NCBI GenBank assembly: GCA_965655095.1
Contig: OZ296650.1
Location: 118,606,001-118,670,000 of the forward strand
From: Haplodiscus bocki
Taxonomy: Eukaryota
Length of the DNA stretch: 64,000 nucleotides
Direction of reading: 5' to 3'
Part shown: one piece after another, positions 22,758 through 35,200 of the stretch
Numbering within the stretch: position 1 is the first letter of the stretch
How the letters are laid out: each line of letters opens with the position of its first letter
Notes under the pieces: model-generated
Databases searched by the model: none
What the model was told of the DNA's origin: nothing
The model's input: the letters and a program-made list of their open reading frames with translations, nothing else
Made by a program: the position numbers and the translations under genes

Positions 22758-24405
22758 TTACATTTAAGTTTTCGACACATGCAGCGTTTATCTTCGGCGT
22801 GTCTTCTGCTCTGCACGAGTCTAGCGCAAAACACTTTGTGCCTGTTTTTTTGTTCGCAAACGCTGGTGTGACTGAGGAAGGCTGAGCGCTAAATTGAACC
22901 GGATATTTCCGACTTGTATTTACTCTTAATCTTTTCAACTACTATCTAGCTTCCTTAAGCTTGAGCGAACGCCACTATTCACTCTTCATTCTGAATTACT
23001 TCAATTATTTTGGAATGTGTTAATATAATTTGTATCTTTTTTCTGCTATTTCAAAATGGTGACTTCAAAAACGCATCAAAAAGTGTTGATTCACGAATGT
23101 TCTAAAAATTGCTAACTAATCAAGAAGAAAAAAAGGACATTTAGACCATCGAAAGTGAAATTTTCGACGGTTTGAATAATATGTAATTTTTGACGCGATT
23201 TTTGCTAAATTCCCCCTTTTTCATCATTCTTATTGACTGGAAGTGTCTGGATACAACGAGCGTCCTTGCTTTTCGCTTATACCTTGTTGCGTGGTTGCTT
23301 CTATGTCTATATAAAATTGGCTGCTGCTTTTCCCCTATTATCCGCCATTTTAGTGTAAATAATCTGATTATCCGGTTTTACAAATATAATGAGATTTTTG
23401 AGTGAGCTTCATTGCTGGAAATGAGATAATCGATCTCGGACGAGCTCTCGGGTAACCGCCACTCTCAGTCGCCAAACTTTTTGCTTCAAGAATGGCTGGC
23501 AAAAAATCTCGAGATTACTGTAGTTGTCTTTGGTATGAAAAAAACATCGACTCGCCCTACGAACATTGTCCACCATCCAGGGCCGCGCCTACTTTAGCGG
23601 CTACTGGCTAGTTTTTCATGGTACTGGGTTGTACCTCTTCATCATCCATCTGCTGCTATTAGAAGGATATTGTTCAATGCGTTACTTTCAGAAACGACGT
23701 GTTAGAAAGTACGTTTTTTAAAATCAACAGCTACTGCTTTTCAGGATCAAAGTAATGTTTTGTATCAATAAAACTAGTTACAATTTGGATGCTGGTGTCT
23801 TGGCAACTCCTGGTTTGGAGCAAGTTTTTCTTCAACATCTAAGTAATTGCATTCATGTCCCGTGTTTCTCATGACAATACGTCTTTTATTCTTGCACAAA
23901 TATTATGTTGATTCATGTGTGTCTCTTAATCCAAAAAATCGCCATTTCTACTGACTAAGTGGTAGCGCATATTTCTCGGAAAAGACGAAAAATTTTGATG
24001 GTGGTTTAATAAACGCTGACTACGTGTTCTATGTTAGACGTTCAAGATGCATGCTTTCTAATTGCTCGTTAAAATGTACATTTGCTTTCTTTGTAAATCC
24101 AAAACAATATGTACAATCATACTGAAGATTTCTCTAAAATGTGTTTCATCTGTATCATTCGGCTTGCTAGTCTTAAATCGATATGGCAAATGGAATGTCT
24201 TTTTCGAGCTGAGCAACTGTTGGTTTACTTAATTAGTTTCAGGACAATGGTTTTCTGAATAGAAATTACGTCATGAGAAACGTCATTAAGTCTGTTGCTA
24301 TATTGTTTACTTCGATGACAACATTGTGTTTACATTTAAGCTTGAAGATTCTTTCACATTAATGTTGAGAAAGCAATGAACATGGCAATTTTTCAGACAA
24401 AAGCG

Positions 24406-24876
24406 ATGTACGTTAACCAAAATTTGATGCCAAATAGAGATGCTGGCCGCCGCGAAGAAAATAGTCTGGGTTCGAATTTTTCCGACTTAGGATTGAGCGA
24501 TCGCAGCTCACGCCCAAAGGACCCCGTACCATCTCCGAGAGCTGTGCAGAAGTCATCGCCGTCTCCGGACTCAAGAAATACCTCACCGGAGTCGTTGGTT
24601 GACGATAGCTATGTTGTCGTGGACGACCATGATTCCATATCCCCGCAGTCCGATTTGCAATCTTGGGTGCGACAACCTGCACAAATGTCTTCATCAGTCG
24701 ATAGTGAAGCGAGTCTGAATACCTGCCTCAACAGGGCTCAACAACTCTCGAAATCCGCACACCAGCGAGCGTATGAACAAAATCAGCTGCTCAACAACTT
24801 TCCTGCCAAACTGCCGGATGACTTCGACGGAGGCTTTTCTAATCGAGGCAGAAGTGACGAAAGCCAAGAGATACAA
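24406..24876 (+). CDS. Optineurin/NEMO/ABIN(TNIP)-family ubiquitin adaptor, exon 1 (Ser-rich, LIR-like DDSYVVV)
   Basis: Open frame from ATG 24406; phase-0 donor |GTTAGT at 24877 is frame-compatible with exon 2. Confidence 0.65.
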
Positions 24877-25802
24877 GTTAGTGCTGCAATTCAGTCAGTT
24901 TTAGTCAACTAGGAAATGGCTGAATGCAACACCGCAAAGTATTTTTTCTTTACAAGAGTCAGTAATACATTTTTCTAGGAATGAAATCACATAGTATAAA
25001 GAATGAGCGTCAAACCCTGGAATATTATTCGGAATAAGTTTTCAAGGTAAAGTGTGCTAAATGAAAACTTTTAATCGGCGCTTTTACAAAAGAGATTAGC
25101 TTCTATTACTCTAGCTATTTTCCAGAACTGCAAGAAAATCGAGTCGAATTATTTTCCGCTAAATATTTCATATTTAGAAAGAAAATCATTCATTCAACAT
25201 TCATGTTTTTTTTACATCAGATTTGCCAATCGCACGAGGAATTGAAAATGCAGGCAAAAAAATTTGTATCACCATTTTTTTTTCAAATTTCCCGTAAAAT
25301 GCGTCTAGCATAGTGGTCTTTCAAAAAAGTTTTTGTTGCCAAAATCCAGGTTTTCGTGCGATGAAATACTGAAAAATCGATTTTCGATGCAATTTTGGGC
25401 ATTTTTTGGTTCAAGTTACGGCATTTCAACGTTTCTTTCTTATTTGGAAGGCGGAAAATATCCCGCAGTTAGCCGGGCGTCTTGTTTTTGTTTCAATCTG
25501 ACACGGGGGCCAAAATTTTTGGGGTACCTAATAATTTTAGGACCAAGATTACAGGCCAGGAACGCGAAAAAAGCGTTCAAATGAATGAAACTTTCTGCAA
25601 AGGCGCGTCAAAGATATTTAAACTAATGACTTTCTCAGACAGTATATATTGTACCAAAGAGCCCCTCTACTAAATTTTCAATTTTCTGACAAAGTTTTTG
25701 GAAAATTCGAAAAAAAACTATATTTTTAAACCAGAAAAAACCTAATTACATTTGCGCCAGGAAGTGTTATAGCACAATATTTTTAAACCAGAAAAAACCT
25801 AA

Positions 25803-26040
25803 TTACATTTGCGCCAGGAAGTGTTATAGCACAATCTTTTTTCCGATCCGTTCTGAACTGACCAACTCACAAGTTCCTAGATTTTGATCAAAGAGGAGGG
25901 AGTGACATGCTCGAACCTGAGATCGTTCGCGCCGCAGTCGCATGCTCCACTGACTATGGAATTGTCACCCTGAGAATCAGTGTTTTCATTTAAAATATCA
26001 AGCGAATGAAATATTGATGTTATAGCGTTTCTTTCTTGTA
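25803..26040. mobile_element. HINE-like element containing an antisense tRNA-like head
   Basis: Family-A-like start TTACATTTGCGCCAGG, minus-strand B-box GGTTCGAG (~25910-25958), end TATAGCGTTTCTTTCTTGT. Confidence 0.45.
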
Positions 26041-26188
26041 TATAAATGTGCAAGAGATAGAAAAATTAACTGAGTTTCTGCAGACTTGTCCGAAGAAGTC
26101 CTAAGTGGAAATATTTTTGGCGCATTTTTCAAAGTTGTCGAGTGGTTGAAAGATTATTAAAATGACTTTTCACAGAATTTTTATAATA

Positions 26189-27629
26189 CAGTGACCCCTT
26201 GCTATAACGCGGTTTACTTTTCACGGTCTCGCTGCTACACGGATTTGCATCGTGCATTGTGTTCTGCATTCTGATTGGCTAAACAGTCTCTCTTATTCTT
26301 CTCTACCTGTGCTTCAATAACATATCAGTTTAATATGTGCACATACGTAAAACAGCTTGCCAAATTTACGTTCCGTATGTGCAAATTCTCTTGCAATTTC
26401 AAGTTTCTCTAAAACCCATCATGTCGACAAAACGTTCTGCACCGACAAAGCACCTGCTGTTGGGGCTAAACAGCAGAGGAAGATGCTAACTATTGCAGAA
26501 AAAGTTGAACTTCTGGACATGCTAAAGGAAGGTAAAAGCTATGCGGCTACAGGTCGACATTACGGATTTAATGAATCTTCCGTTCGTTCCATAAAGAAGG
26601 AGGAGAATAACATAAGGACGACAGCAGCAATAAGTTTTAATAAAGATGCAAAAAGTGTTGCAACTGTCCGCAACAAGACCATGGTAAGGATGGAGTCTGC
26701 ATTAGTTTTGTCGATTAATGACTGCAGAAAAAAACATTACGCTGGATACGAACGTTATCTGCACAAAAGCTAGAACACTGTATCAAACCTTTGCTGACAA
26801 CGGCAGTGACAGGGAAGAGGAGGAGGATGCAGATGCCGGTCCATCATCAAGTGCTGTTCACGCAGTACCAAGCGCATTTAATGCTAGCAAGGGCTGGTTT
26901 GAAAAATTTAAGAAACGCTTTGGACTTATAAATGTTTCTCTGCACGGACAGATCGCCTTGACGAGATCCATCACTCTGCCACAGATACAGCTGTGAATCT
27001 CGGTAAACAGCTTGGAGTAGACGGCTTTAATGACATGACTCCGCATGACATCAATGTCTTGATTGATGCAGACGCACATCAGCTAACCGATGCAGACCTG
27101 GCAGAAATGACAAAGCCATCGAGCGAAGATGAAAGAGAAGAGGAAGAAGAGGACACAAGTGTGGATAAAGATGAGGAGGATGGACTGACACTTGGTCGCC
27201 TAGCAACCATGCTGAAAATGGCCACTGAACCTCAGCGAGCAGCTCAAGAATGGGACCCTTTGATGAGCCGTTCATTACAGTTCTCCAACATAATCGATGG
27301 TGGCATGTCTGTGAATAAGGATCTTTTTGCCCAGAAGAAAAAAGAGCGTCAACAACTGCCTATCACTATATTCTTCTCTCGAAAAAACACACATGCACCA
27401 CGGGCTTCAGAAGAAGAAAACGCTACAGAGTGCAGTCAGGATGCAGCGGCTCAGTCAGAAAAGCAGTGAAATACATGTGAGCCACTTTTTGTCTGACTGT
27501 ACTTTGTATTTTTTTTCATAATCGTTTTTCTTTTTCTCCTGTTCAAAAATAAATGTTTCTACTTCACGGATTTCGTTTATCACTGGTTCTTTTTGGAACA
27601 TAACCCCCGCGAAAAATGAGGGTTCACTG
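26189..27629 (+). mobile_element. Tigger/pogo-family DNA transposon, internal deletion derivative
   Basis: TA target duplication on both sides, imperfect TIRs CAGTGA.CCCT...CGCGG; psq-HTH (RKMLTIAEKVELLD), CENP-B HTH (FNASKGWFEKFKKRFGL) and acidic C-tail present, DDE domain missing (junction ~26957). Confidence 0.9.
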
Positions 27630-28750
27630 TATGTACTATCCGAGAAAATCTTTTTCAAGCGTTTTTGGTGTATGCACTTGCAGAATTTTTTGGTATATGT
27701 ATGTGGGTACGATGAAGAAATTTTGGACCCGAGGTCCGTATTCATTGATAGATTTTTGCTTTCCAGACCTCTATTATTTTTCTGAAATTACTGAATGAAA
27801 ATAATCGCAACCCGGAAATTCTGTTGCTCGGAACAATTCGTCCTGTACAGCGTTGAAAATATCCATTGTAATTTTCGGGCACTTTCAATATCGGAGCTGG
27901 GTGTGTTCGATTTTATTGGGGAATGCTTTCACCTTTTTTCAGTCAGCGAAATCGGTGATTGTAGCGAGAAATTGTAAACAACGCAGGTATACGTAGGCGA
28001 CGAATTGTAAACATCAAATTCTAAACAACTCAACTACATGAAGGTTCACAACTTCATTACATTTAAATTAGGTATACATGCATTCGGTTATTATTTTCCG
28101 TCGTAATGTATTACGAAATTGAAATCATTCTCTCAGTATGTAGACTTTTTCTCCTCTCGTTTACCCATTCGACGTGAACATGATCATGTTTCAAAAAATT
28201 TTAACCTCAATATTTTCCTCTGGAAACGTAAAATGCAGTTTTGACAACAGCCGAAAAATTTTTGCTCAAAGTCCGAAAACAATTTTCGACTTTTTTTCTC
28301 AAAAGAAACTTTTGGCCGAAAATGTTCGCCTGGACTAGTAGAAATCAGTTTTGATAGCACCAGCTTTTGTGAAATTACTGAGCTAAGAGCGAACTTTGTA
28401 TGTTTTTCTGAAGTTTACGGAAATTTCATTTTTAGGTATTTCATACACACCGTTGAGGGAAAATATCACAACCCTACTGGGCCTGTTTTGCACTTACACA
28501 AGTGCAGTTGACTCTCGATTATCCACCATGAACGTTTAATTTTTAAAGTTGTAAATTTGTAAAATTGGGCACTTTCGGTTACCGACAACTGGATTATCCG
28601 CTGGAAATGTCAAAAACGTAACTATATAAAATCAGCACTATCGATTAACCACCACCTTATTATCCGGCATGAACGTCAAATCTAAAGCTGTTAAATCCAG
28701 TACGTAATATTTTAAATGCAGCATCTTAAATATATTTGACTTGAATTTAA

Positions 28751-29316
28751 TTATACTTGCGCAAACAAGTGTTCGATCACAGGCTTCTTTTTTTTCTGAT
28801 CCGTTCACAACCCACATTTGAGCGTACATTCTTATGTTGCCCAGATTTTGTTCAGGTGCTCTCTCATTCTTGCAAAAATGGTTGATGCGCTCTCGCTCAG
28901 TTGCAAAGTTTTTCTTGTGGCCTATTTTCCAGCCTGCGCGCTTGTTTTAAGTAAATGCAAGGCGAATTAGCTGCTGCATTTGTTTCAAGTTTATAGGAAT
29001 TATTTGAGTTAATTACCTTTCTGTTTAATCCAGTTAATTCTTTAATCAGTAGTTTTCGTAGTGCTGTGGCCCTTAAAAAATCGGTTATACTTGTTGGATT
29101 TGTTCACTTATATTCCGTTGGTCCAAGTGTTGCTAAGCCCAGCTTCGCCTCTGTGTTTATACTTTGGAATACTTCCACCATATTCTTAGCATGATTAGTC
29201 AGGTTTGATGTCAAATAAATCTGATAACTTTTCAGCAGCAACGCAAGTTTTCCGTTTTTTGTACATTAACCCAGAAACAACTCGGCTATTTCAACACACA
29301 ACTTCGCCCTTGTGTT
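28751..29316. mobile_element. HINE-like family A element with an extra captured segment and a second terminus
   Basis: Start TTATACTTGCGCAAACAAGTGT; terminus CAGCTTCGCCTCTGTGTT (29157); ~140 bp homologous to 18543-18688; second terminus CAACTTCGCCCTTGTGTT (29316). Confidence 0.7.
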
Positions 29317-29748
29317 GAATTTTATTGGGGTGTCTTTTTCTTTGTTGTTGTGGATGCTAATTAGTTGGATGCACTTTCTTCGGATGCTGGGTTATTCAAA
29401 TTGTCGGAAATTTTGACATTTTTGTTCATTTTTTTTCTATTTCGTCCTTCAATTTATGTGAAGTTGGCTTATTTCCTATTTTTTGACAATGCTTATTTCT
29501 TGCGCTTGTTGTTGAAGTTTCATCGACACTTTCTGGTGGCTGTTCAACAAGCAATTGAATGAAAAATTATAGAAAAAATCAGTGATCTTGCAGTTTACTC
29601 GCTTCGATGTTCAAGCCCCGTCAGATGCCAATTTTTTGATAAAAAGCGCCGATTAAAAACCATTGGACTTCCAAACCAAATGTTTAAACCATTTGTTGGA
29701 TCAATCATCAAGACTGATGGTTCCGTTAATTTACCCATTTTGCTGCAG

Positions 29749-29997
29749 GCACTCGCCAAGAAACTAGAAGAGTGTGAAAAGGCAAAAGCTGATGGAAAAA
29801 ACGAAGCAACTGAACTGAGACACCAGGTTGACCAATTGAGAGATGAAAATCAACGGTTGTCTTCCATTGTGCAAGATATGCGAAGTTTTGGAGAGACGGA
29901 TTCTCTCAAAGCTCAATTGAAGAGTCTTGGTAATGAAAAGATGGTTCTTCAAATGCAGCTGGGTGAATGTGAACGCAGAGCGCACCAGAAAGATGAG
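29749..29997 (+). CDS. Optineurin/NEMO/ABIN-family protein, exon 2 (coiled coil)
   Basis: TTTTGCTGCAG| acceptor, 83 codons ALAKKLEECEK...HQKDE, |GTAAGA donor, phase 0/0. Confidence 0.8.
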
Positions 29998-30529
29998 GTA
30001 AGAATCATACGCTGGGTTACTCAACCCACAGTACTTTAACCGTGCCAGCCTTTACGACTGATTATATCATTTCCAGAATGTCTGGTCTATCCCACGGATG
30101 CTCTGACACCTTAAAACGAATTGATTGTTGTGATAAACTGCGGTAACCTTTGAAGAAGTAAAAGCGTTTGAGTAATTAGACTTCGAGTAATGTGAAGCGA
30201 TTGTACAAGACGTGCGTATTTCGGTGAATGGTTGGAACTTGGACGGAAAGGTCTTTTTACCATAGAAAGAGATTGAAACTTGATTTTCCCAGAATTCGTT
30301 TTTAGGAGACAATAAAATTTCAATCTCTACTGTTTTGAGTGGTCGTGTTTACAGAAACGGACTCTTGTTGCGGTTTATTCCGTTTTTCGCAGCATTTTTG
30401 AGATCACAATTTCGAGCTCATAATTTTGGTTGATAATTTACTGGATCTCTATTTCCTTTTTGTTCCTAAATCCACTTCAAGCCAGATTAGTTGAAATTGT
30501 GCTTTCAAAAATTATGTTTCATTTTTTAG

Positions 30530-32239
30530 GAGTTGAAGAAAATGATGAACACGGTCAGCAAGAACGCTGTTGATAGCCAGGAAGTGAACTTCTTGCGTCT
30601 GAAGATGGAAGATTTGAAGCAGGAAAAGATGGAGCTAAGAGCAAAATATACTGAAAAGGCTAATGCCCTGGAAGCTGAAAAAGTCCAACTGATGGAAGAT
30701 TTGGCACAACAATCACGTCACGTTCGGAAGCTCGAAGAAAACATGAAGAAAAAAAGCGAAGATGCGGAGCAAAAACTCAAGTACATGGAACTTTACGAAG
30801 TCATAAATCAGGACAATGAAAAGCTAAAGAAAGAAGTTGAGCATCTGACCAGCACACAAATTAAATGGCAGTCTGAATCAGAAACGTACAAGCTGGAATT
30901 GTCGAGATCCAAAGAGCTGATAGAATCTTTGCAAGAAGAGCTGAAAACTTTCAAATTCAGTGAAAATCGCATAAAAACAGAGGCAGCAGCTTTAAAGCAA
31001 TGGACTCAAGAGATGGACGAAGAATCGAAACGTCTGCGCAAGTATGAAAAGGATTCAAAACAGAAAGAAGAGAACTTGACTTCCATTATTCAGCAGCTGC
31101 AGAAACAGTTGGAAGAGTCAAAAAGGGGTGACTTGAGTTTGCAAGAGGAGAGGAACAGTTTGAAGGCTGCTGTGCAAGATATGGAAGAGGATAATGATTT
31201 GCTGAAAAGAAAATTGCAAGAGGCAGAGCAACAGGCACTCAAGTTAGCCCAACAGGACCCGTCTTATGAGGAAGTTGGCCAATATGCTACCCAGTGCCAC
31301 CAAGCTTTACAACAGAAGGATATGGAAATAAAGCAATACTATGATGCTTGTCACCATTTGCATTTACAGCTGCAACAAATTCAAACAGCTTCAAGTAGCG
31401 GAAACGATGAGTTGCGTTCAATAAATGCGAACTTGATAAAAGAACTCCACGAAGTGCGTGAAACAGCTAGTGCTAACATGGCGAAATTGGCAGAGGCTCA
31501 AAATCAGTTTGAGGAATTCAAAAGGACGGACTCTAAAAAGGACGGTCAGATATACGAACTGGAGAAAAAGTTCAAAGAAGCGAACGATCAGATAGAGTTA
31601 TATAAAATCCAACTCACTGATTTTGAGAAAGATTTCAACGACGAGAGGAAACGAGCGAACGATTTGAAGAATCAGTTTGAAATTGAGAAGGAAACTCACA
31701 TTGCCAAGAATGAGGAACTGGAGGCGGAAAACAAAGAATTGAAGTTGAGAATGGCGAAATTGGATCAAATTAAGATGGAAGAAGACGAAAGGGCTTTGGG
31801 AGCTAGAACAAGACACACCAATGAACGCAATGCGGCAGGTCCCGCGCCAGGAGCAACCAGAGGTGACAACGTGGTCTTTGTAAGTTCACAGACGAGAAGA
31901 CCCAACGCAAATGATAGATCTGTGAATGGCTACCAACCGCAATTTAACTCTTCAATGGATTTATCCCATTCTGGAAGATATGGCATGCAGGAGTCTGTTA
32001 GAGGCAGCGTCACCGACCTTAGACAGAATCCTCAAGATAGGAGAGGAGGAGCAGTGCCGCAGAGAGAACCCAGCTTCTCTGACAGAGTTGGCAGTTTATT
32101 CAATCCTCGGAAGGGAACTGCTCAGCCAACAGAGAGAAATAAAATCGAATCGCTGGTGTGCCCGTTTTGTAATGAGAGAAATTTCCCGAATAGTGATGGA
32201 CTACAGGTGCATATCAATGAAGATCACCCTGAAGCATAA
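30530..32239 (+). CDS. Optineurin/NEMO/ABIN-family protein, exon 3 (long coiled coil, UBAN, C-terminal zinc finger); joined protein ~809 aa
   Basis: TTTTTTAG| acceptor; IELYKIQLTDFEKDFNDER is a UBAN-like DFxxER; terminal CPFCNERNFPNSDGLQVHINEDH resembles the NEMO/OPTN zinc finger. Confidence 0.8.
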   Translation, partial: ELKKMMNTVSKNAVDSQEVNFLRLKMEDLKQEKMELRAKYTEKANALEAEKVQLMEDLAQQSRHVRKLEENMKKKSEDAEQKLKYMELYEVINQDNEKLKKEVEHLTSTQIKWQSESETYKLELSRSKELIESLQEELKTFKFSENRIKTEAAALKQWTQEMDEESKRLRKYEKDSKQKEENLTSIIQQLQKQLEESKRGDLSLQEERNSLKAAVQDMEEDNDLLKRKLQEAEQQALKLAQQDPSYEEVGQYATQCHQALQQKDMEIKQYYDACHHLHLQLQQIQTASSSGNDELRSINANLIKELHEVRETASANMAKLAEAQNQFEEFKRTDSKKDGQIYELEKKFKEANDQIELYKIQLTDFEKDFNDERKRANDLKNQFEIEKETHIAKNEELEAENKELKLRMAKLDQIKMEEDERALGARTRHTNERNAAGPAPGATRGDNVVFVSSQTRRPNANDRSVNGYQPQFNSSMDLSHSGRYGMQESVRGSVTDLRQNPQDRRGGAVPQREPSFSDRVGSLFNPRKGTAQPTERNKIESLVCPFCNERNFPNSDGLQVHINEDHPEA

Positions 32240-35200
32240 TGATGGTGCTAATTCGAAGCTGACCCGAACTTTTAGTTGACTTTTCAGTTAGAGAAGATCA
32301 ATTTTCACTTCTATTGAGACGGAAGAGACGCTTCTACGAAGGATTTTTTTCATTTTCTCCAGCACTTGAAATTCATTCCTTAATAATTGGTCAAAACTGT
32401 TAAATTATCCATAGTAATTAAACTGAATTCTCCCAAAGATTGTTCCAATATCTTTTGTGTGCCTCGTGAGATCCAATAATCCGTTCTCACCCTTGAAATT
32501 TTGCAAAAAAGCCTTCCTATGATTTTGGCATTCCAGTTTTTGCTATAAATGTTTTAGGGAACAGTCTTGATCCTATTCAGTGTAGATTAAATATTGTAAT
32601 TTGATTGCTTGAGGCATTTTCGGTCATTGTACGGAAGGAAATGTCATCTATTTTAAAAGATAAAATATTTTTGTTTCATGTCATTCTTATAACCGAAAAA
32701 ATGCAACCGAGATTGTGCGGCCTTTATTCGGCACTTTTTGAAGGAAAGAGTGCGCCTATTACGATGGGATTTGCTTTTTGGCTTTTTTTTCACCGAGCAG
32801 ACGACGAACTGTTGAAACATAGCATTTCAACGTCAAATTCTGTAAATTTTAAGGACTAAAATCCACGGACACAGGCAAGACCTCCCCTTACTCTTTGTAT
32901 TTTCGAAATACAATTTGGGACCTTCGGTCCAAAATTTGCATGTGATACCCCCTTAACATACCAAAAATTTTCCCCAAAAAGGCTATCAGTAATTTTGAAT
33001 TAATGGCTTTCTAAAGAGTCGCTGTACAAACATTTCGGCATTGTGAGACAGGGATCAACAAGATGGAACCATTTTTTGTCGGGGAAGTTTACTTTGTACC
33101 GCTTGTATATTTTGAGCCTTCGAGCGACGCTGACTTGAGTCGTCCCCGGCTTGTTTACTCATGCTCAAAAAAGTTGAACTTTTTAATCCAACCTGTGCCA
33201 GCCAAGTTTTTTTCTTGTTCAAATCATTCATTTTTGGTGTCATCGAAAGGAGTGAGCGGTTTGCTATTTCAGGAACCGAGTTTTTCGCAGTTTGGCTGGT
33301 ATTTTTTTGTGTTATGTAATTTGTGAATTTCTTATAAATTTGACCGAAAATAAAATTGAATCAGAAAAGTGCACGCAAACAATCAGAGGAAAAATGATGG
33401 GAAACATTTCGCAGGTCTAGTTTTGCTGTTATTTTTGCATTATTATGCTTTTATTGGCAGTACTTTATCAGTCAAAGTTAAACATAGAATACACTGACAA
33501 TGTTGCTGCATGCATCCACTTGGTTGAATGCCCAGTTGCTGGCTTTTGTTAATTGAAAATGGCCGGCAAAACTTACCCATAAAACCTAAATGTAATATCG
33601 CAGCCTTGATTCGACATTAAGGTGACATGTCTTGACCTTGTTTCGAAACATCTAAATCGGTGCATTGTGACGTCAAATTGGTAAATTGTAGTGAAGTTTT
33701 CGAACTTACGTCAAGCTGGATGGTAAATGTTATACATATACATGTTTTTGCTTGCACTCACTTTACTCTCGATTAACCGCCGTAAGGGTCAAATTTGTAA
33801 AAGTGGCTAAAAAATAACTGCTGTAGTTTGTTCTCGGAATCATCTTCGTAAAATTTCTTTTAAAAGCTGTTCTTCCTCATTTTAATTCATTTTCATGGAA
33901 AAACGGTCTAGTTTCGCCTGTGAGACTGCAGTCAACCTAACCGTTGCGAAAGCGCTAAAATATCAGTATTTTTTATTGTTGGTTTTGATGGAAAAATGAA
34001 GCTTTTTCCAATAATCTCTGCTGTCAATATGTGGAAGATTCATTTGTTTTTGAAATTTAATTAGTATTTTTGTTTGCTTTTTAAATAGTACAATATTGCG
34101 GCGAAACTTTCAGCGGCTTTATTCGTACATGCAATGCTCCATTGGCTGTCTGTGGGAATCCTATAATCTTTAATTTTTCCCACATAAATTCCTTCACTTT
34201 GTTTGGCATTCATTTTCATGAAGCTCTGGAAACCTGTCGAGATCAGTAGAAATTAGGATGAAAATCGGACGAAAGCAACATGATTTCGTAGAAGACTTTA
34301 GAAAGCCCTTAAAGCAGTTGGAAACAATATTCGTCTTCCCAAATCTATGCGTGAGTTTATTTGAAGCTGGCTCACCTCTTCATTTGATGAGTATTGTAAA
34401 TTCGTATTTTTTGTTGTTGAAGCTTCATCGCTATTTCATAAATGCTATTTTGCAGACGCTTCAAAATTGAATAAAAAATCAATGGCTTTGCATTTCACTG
34501 CCTTCGGTGTTCGAGCCCCGCCAGGGGCATTTTCAAATTTTTTGTTCAAGGAAAGCTTCCGAAAAGCTAACGGACGGCGTCTCAAACCTACAATCTCAAA
34601 AATTGAAAGCTTTCTGGCATTGTTCAGGAGGAAATGAATTCACCAAATTAGCATGTGCTAAGTACAGAGTCGAATGAAAAGGTGAAAAAAGCTTTGTACA
34701 CATTCTCACTTAAAGGAGGAATGTTTACTGAAACCTGATTACCAGTTTTTTCTTCCTGCTCAAACATTGGGAAGTAGATTGGCGTAACCTCACAAGTATG
34801 ACTAAACTGACAGCTTAATACGCTCGACGCGCGGATTTAGTTGGCGCTATTTTGAAAGTAGAAGTGATCGACTATTAAAGGTATTCAATCTACTTTTGTT
34901 TTAAATTTACAAAGTACCCCTATAATTTTTCTAAGGTCTGGTTCCTGACACTTCGTGCGATATTTTGCGAAATTTTTAAAACTGAATGGTAGAACCGGAG
35001 GGACGATTCGGACCACCAAGTAGCTATGAAAGCTAGAATATCAAAAAAATCTTGTTTCCGATTCAATATTCCTATAAAAGTGCTAACCCCGGGATTTGAG
35101 ATTTGAATTCATTTAGCCCAATCGGCGGGAATATAGAATAAGGTTTAAAGGGGACCCTGTGGTTATCGCAAAAATTCACCGAAGTCCTATTCGCCTTGGT

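Noticed and set aside
23492-23535. Upstream coding exon (MAGKKSRDYCSCL) for the UBAN gene
   Set aside because: Splicing its GTATGA donor to the 24396 acceptor creates an immediate TGA; at most a uORF or UTR exon.
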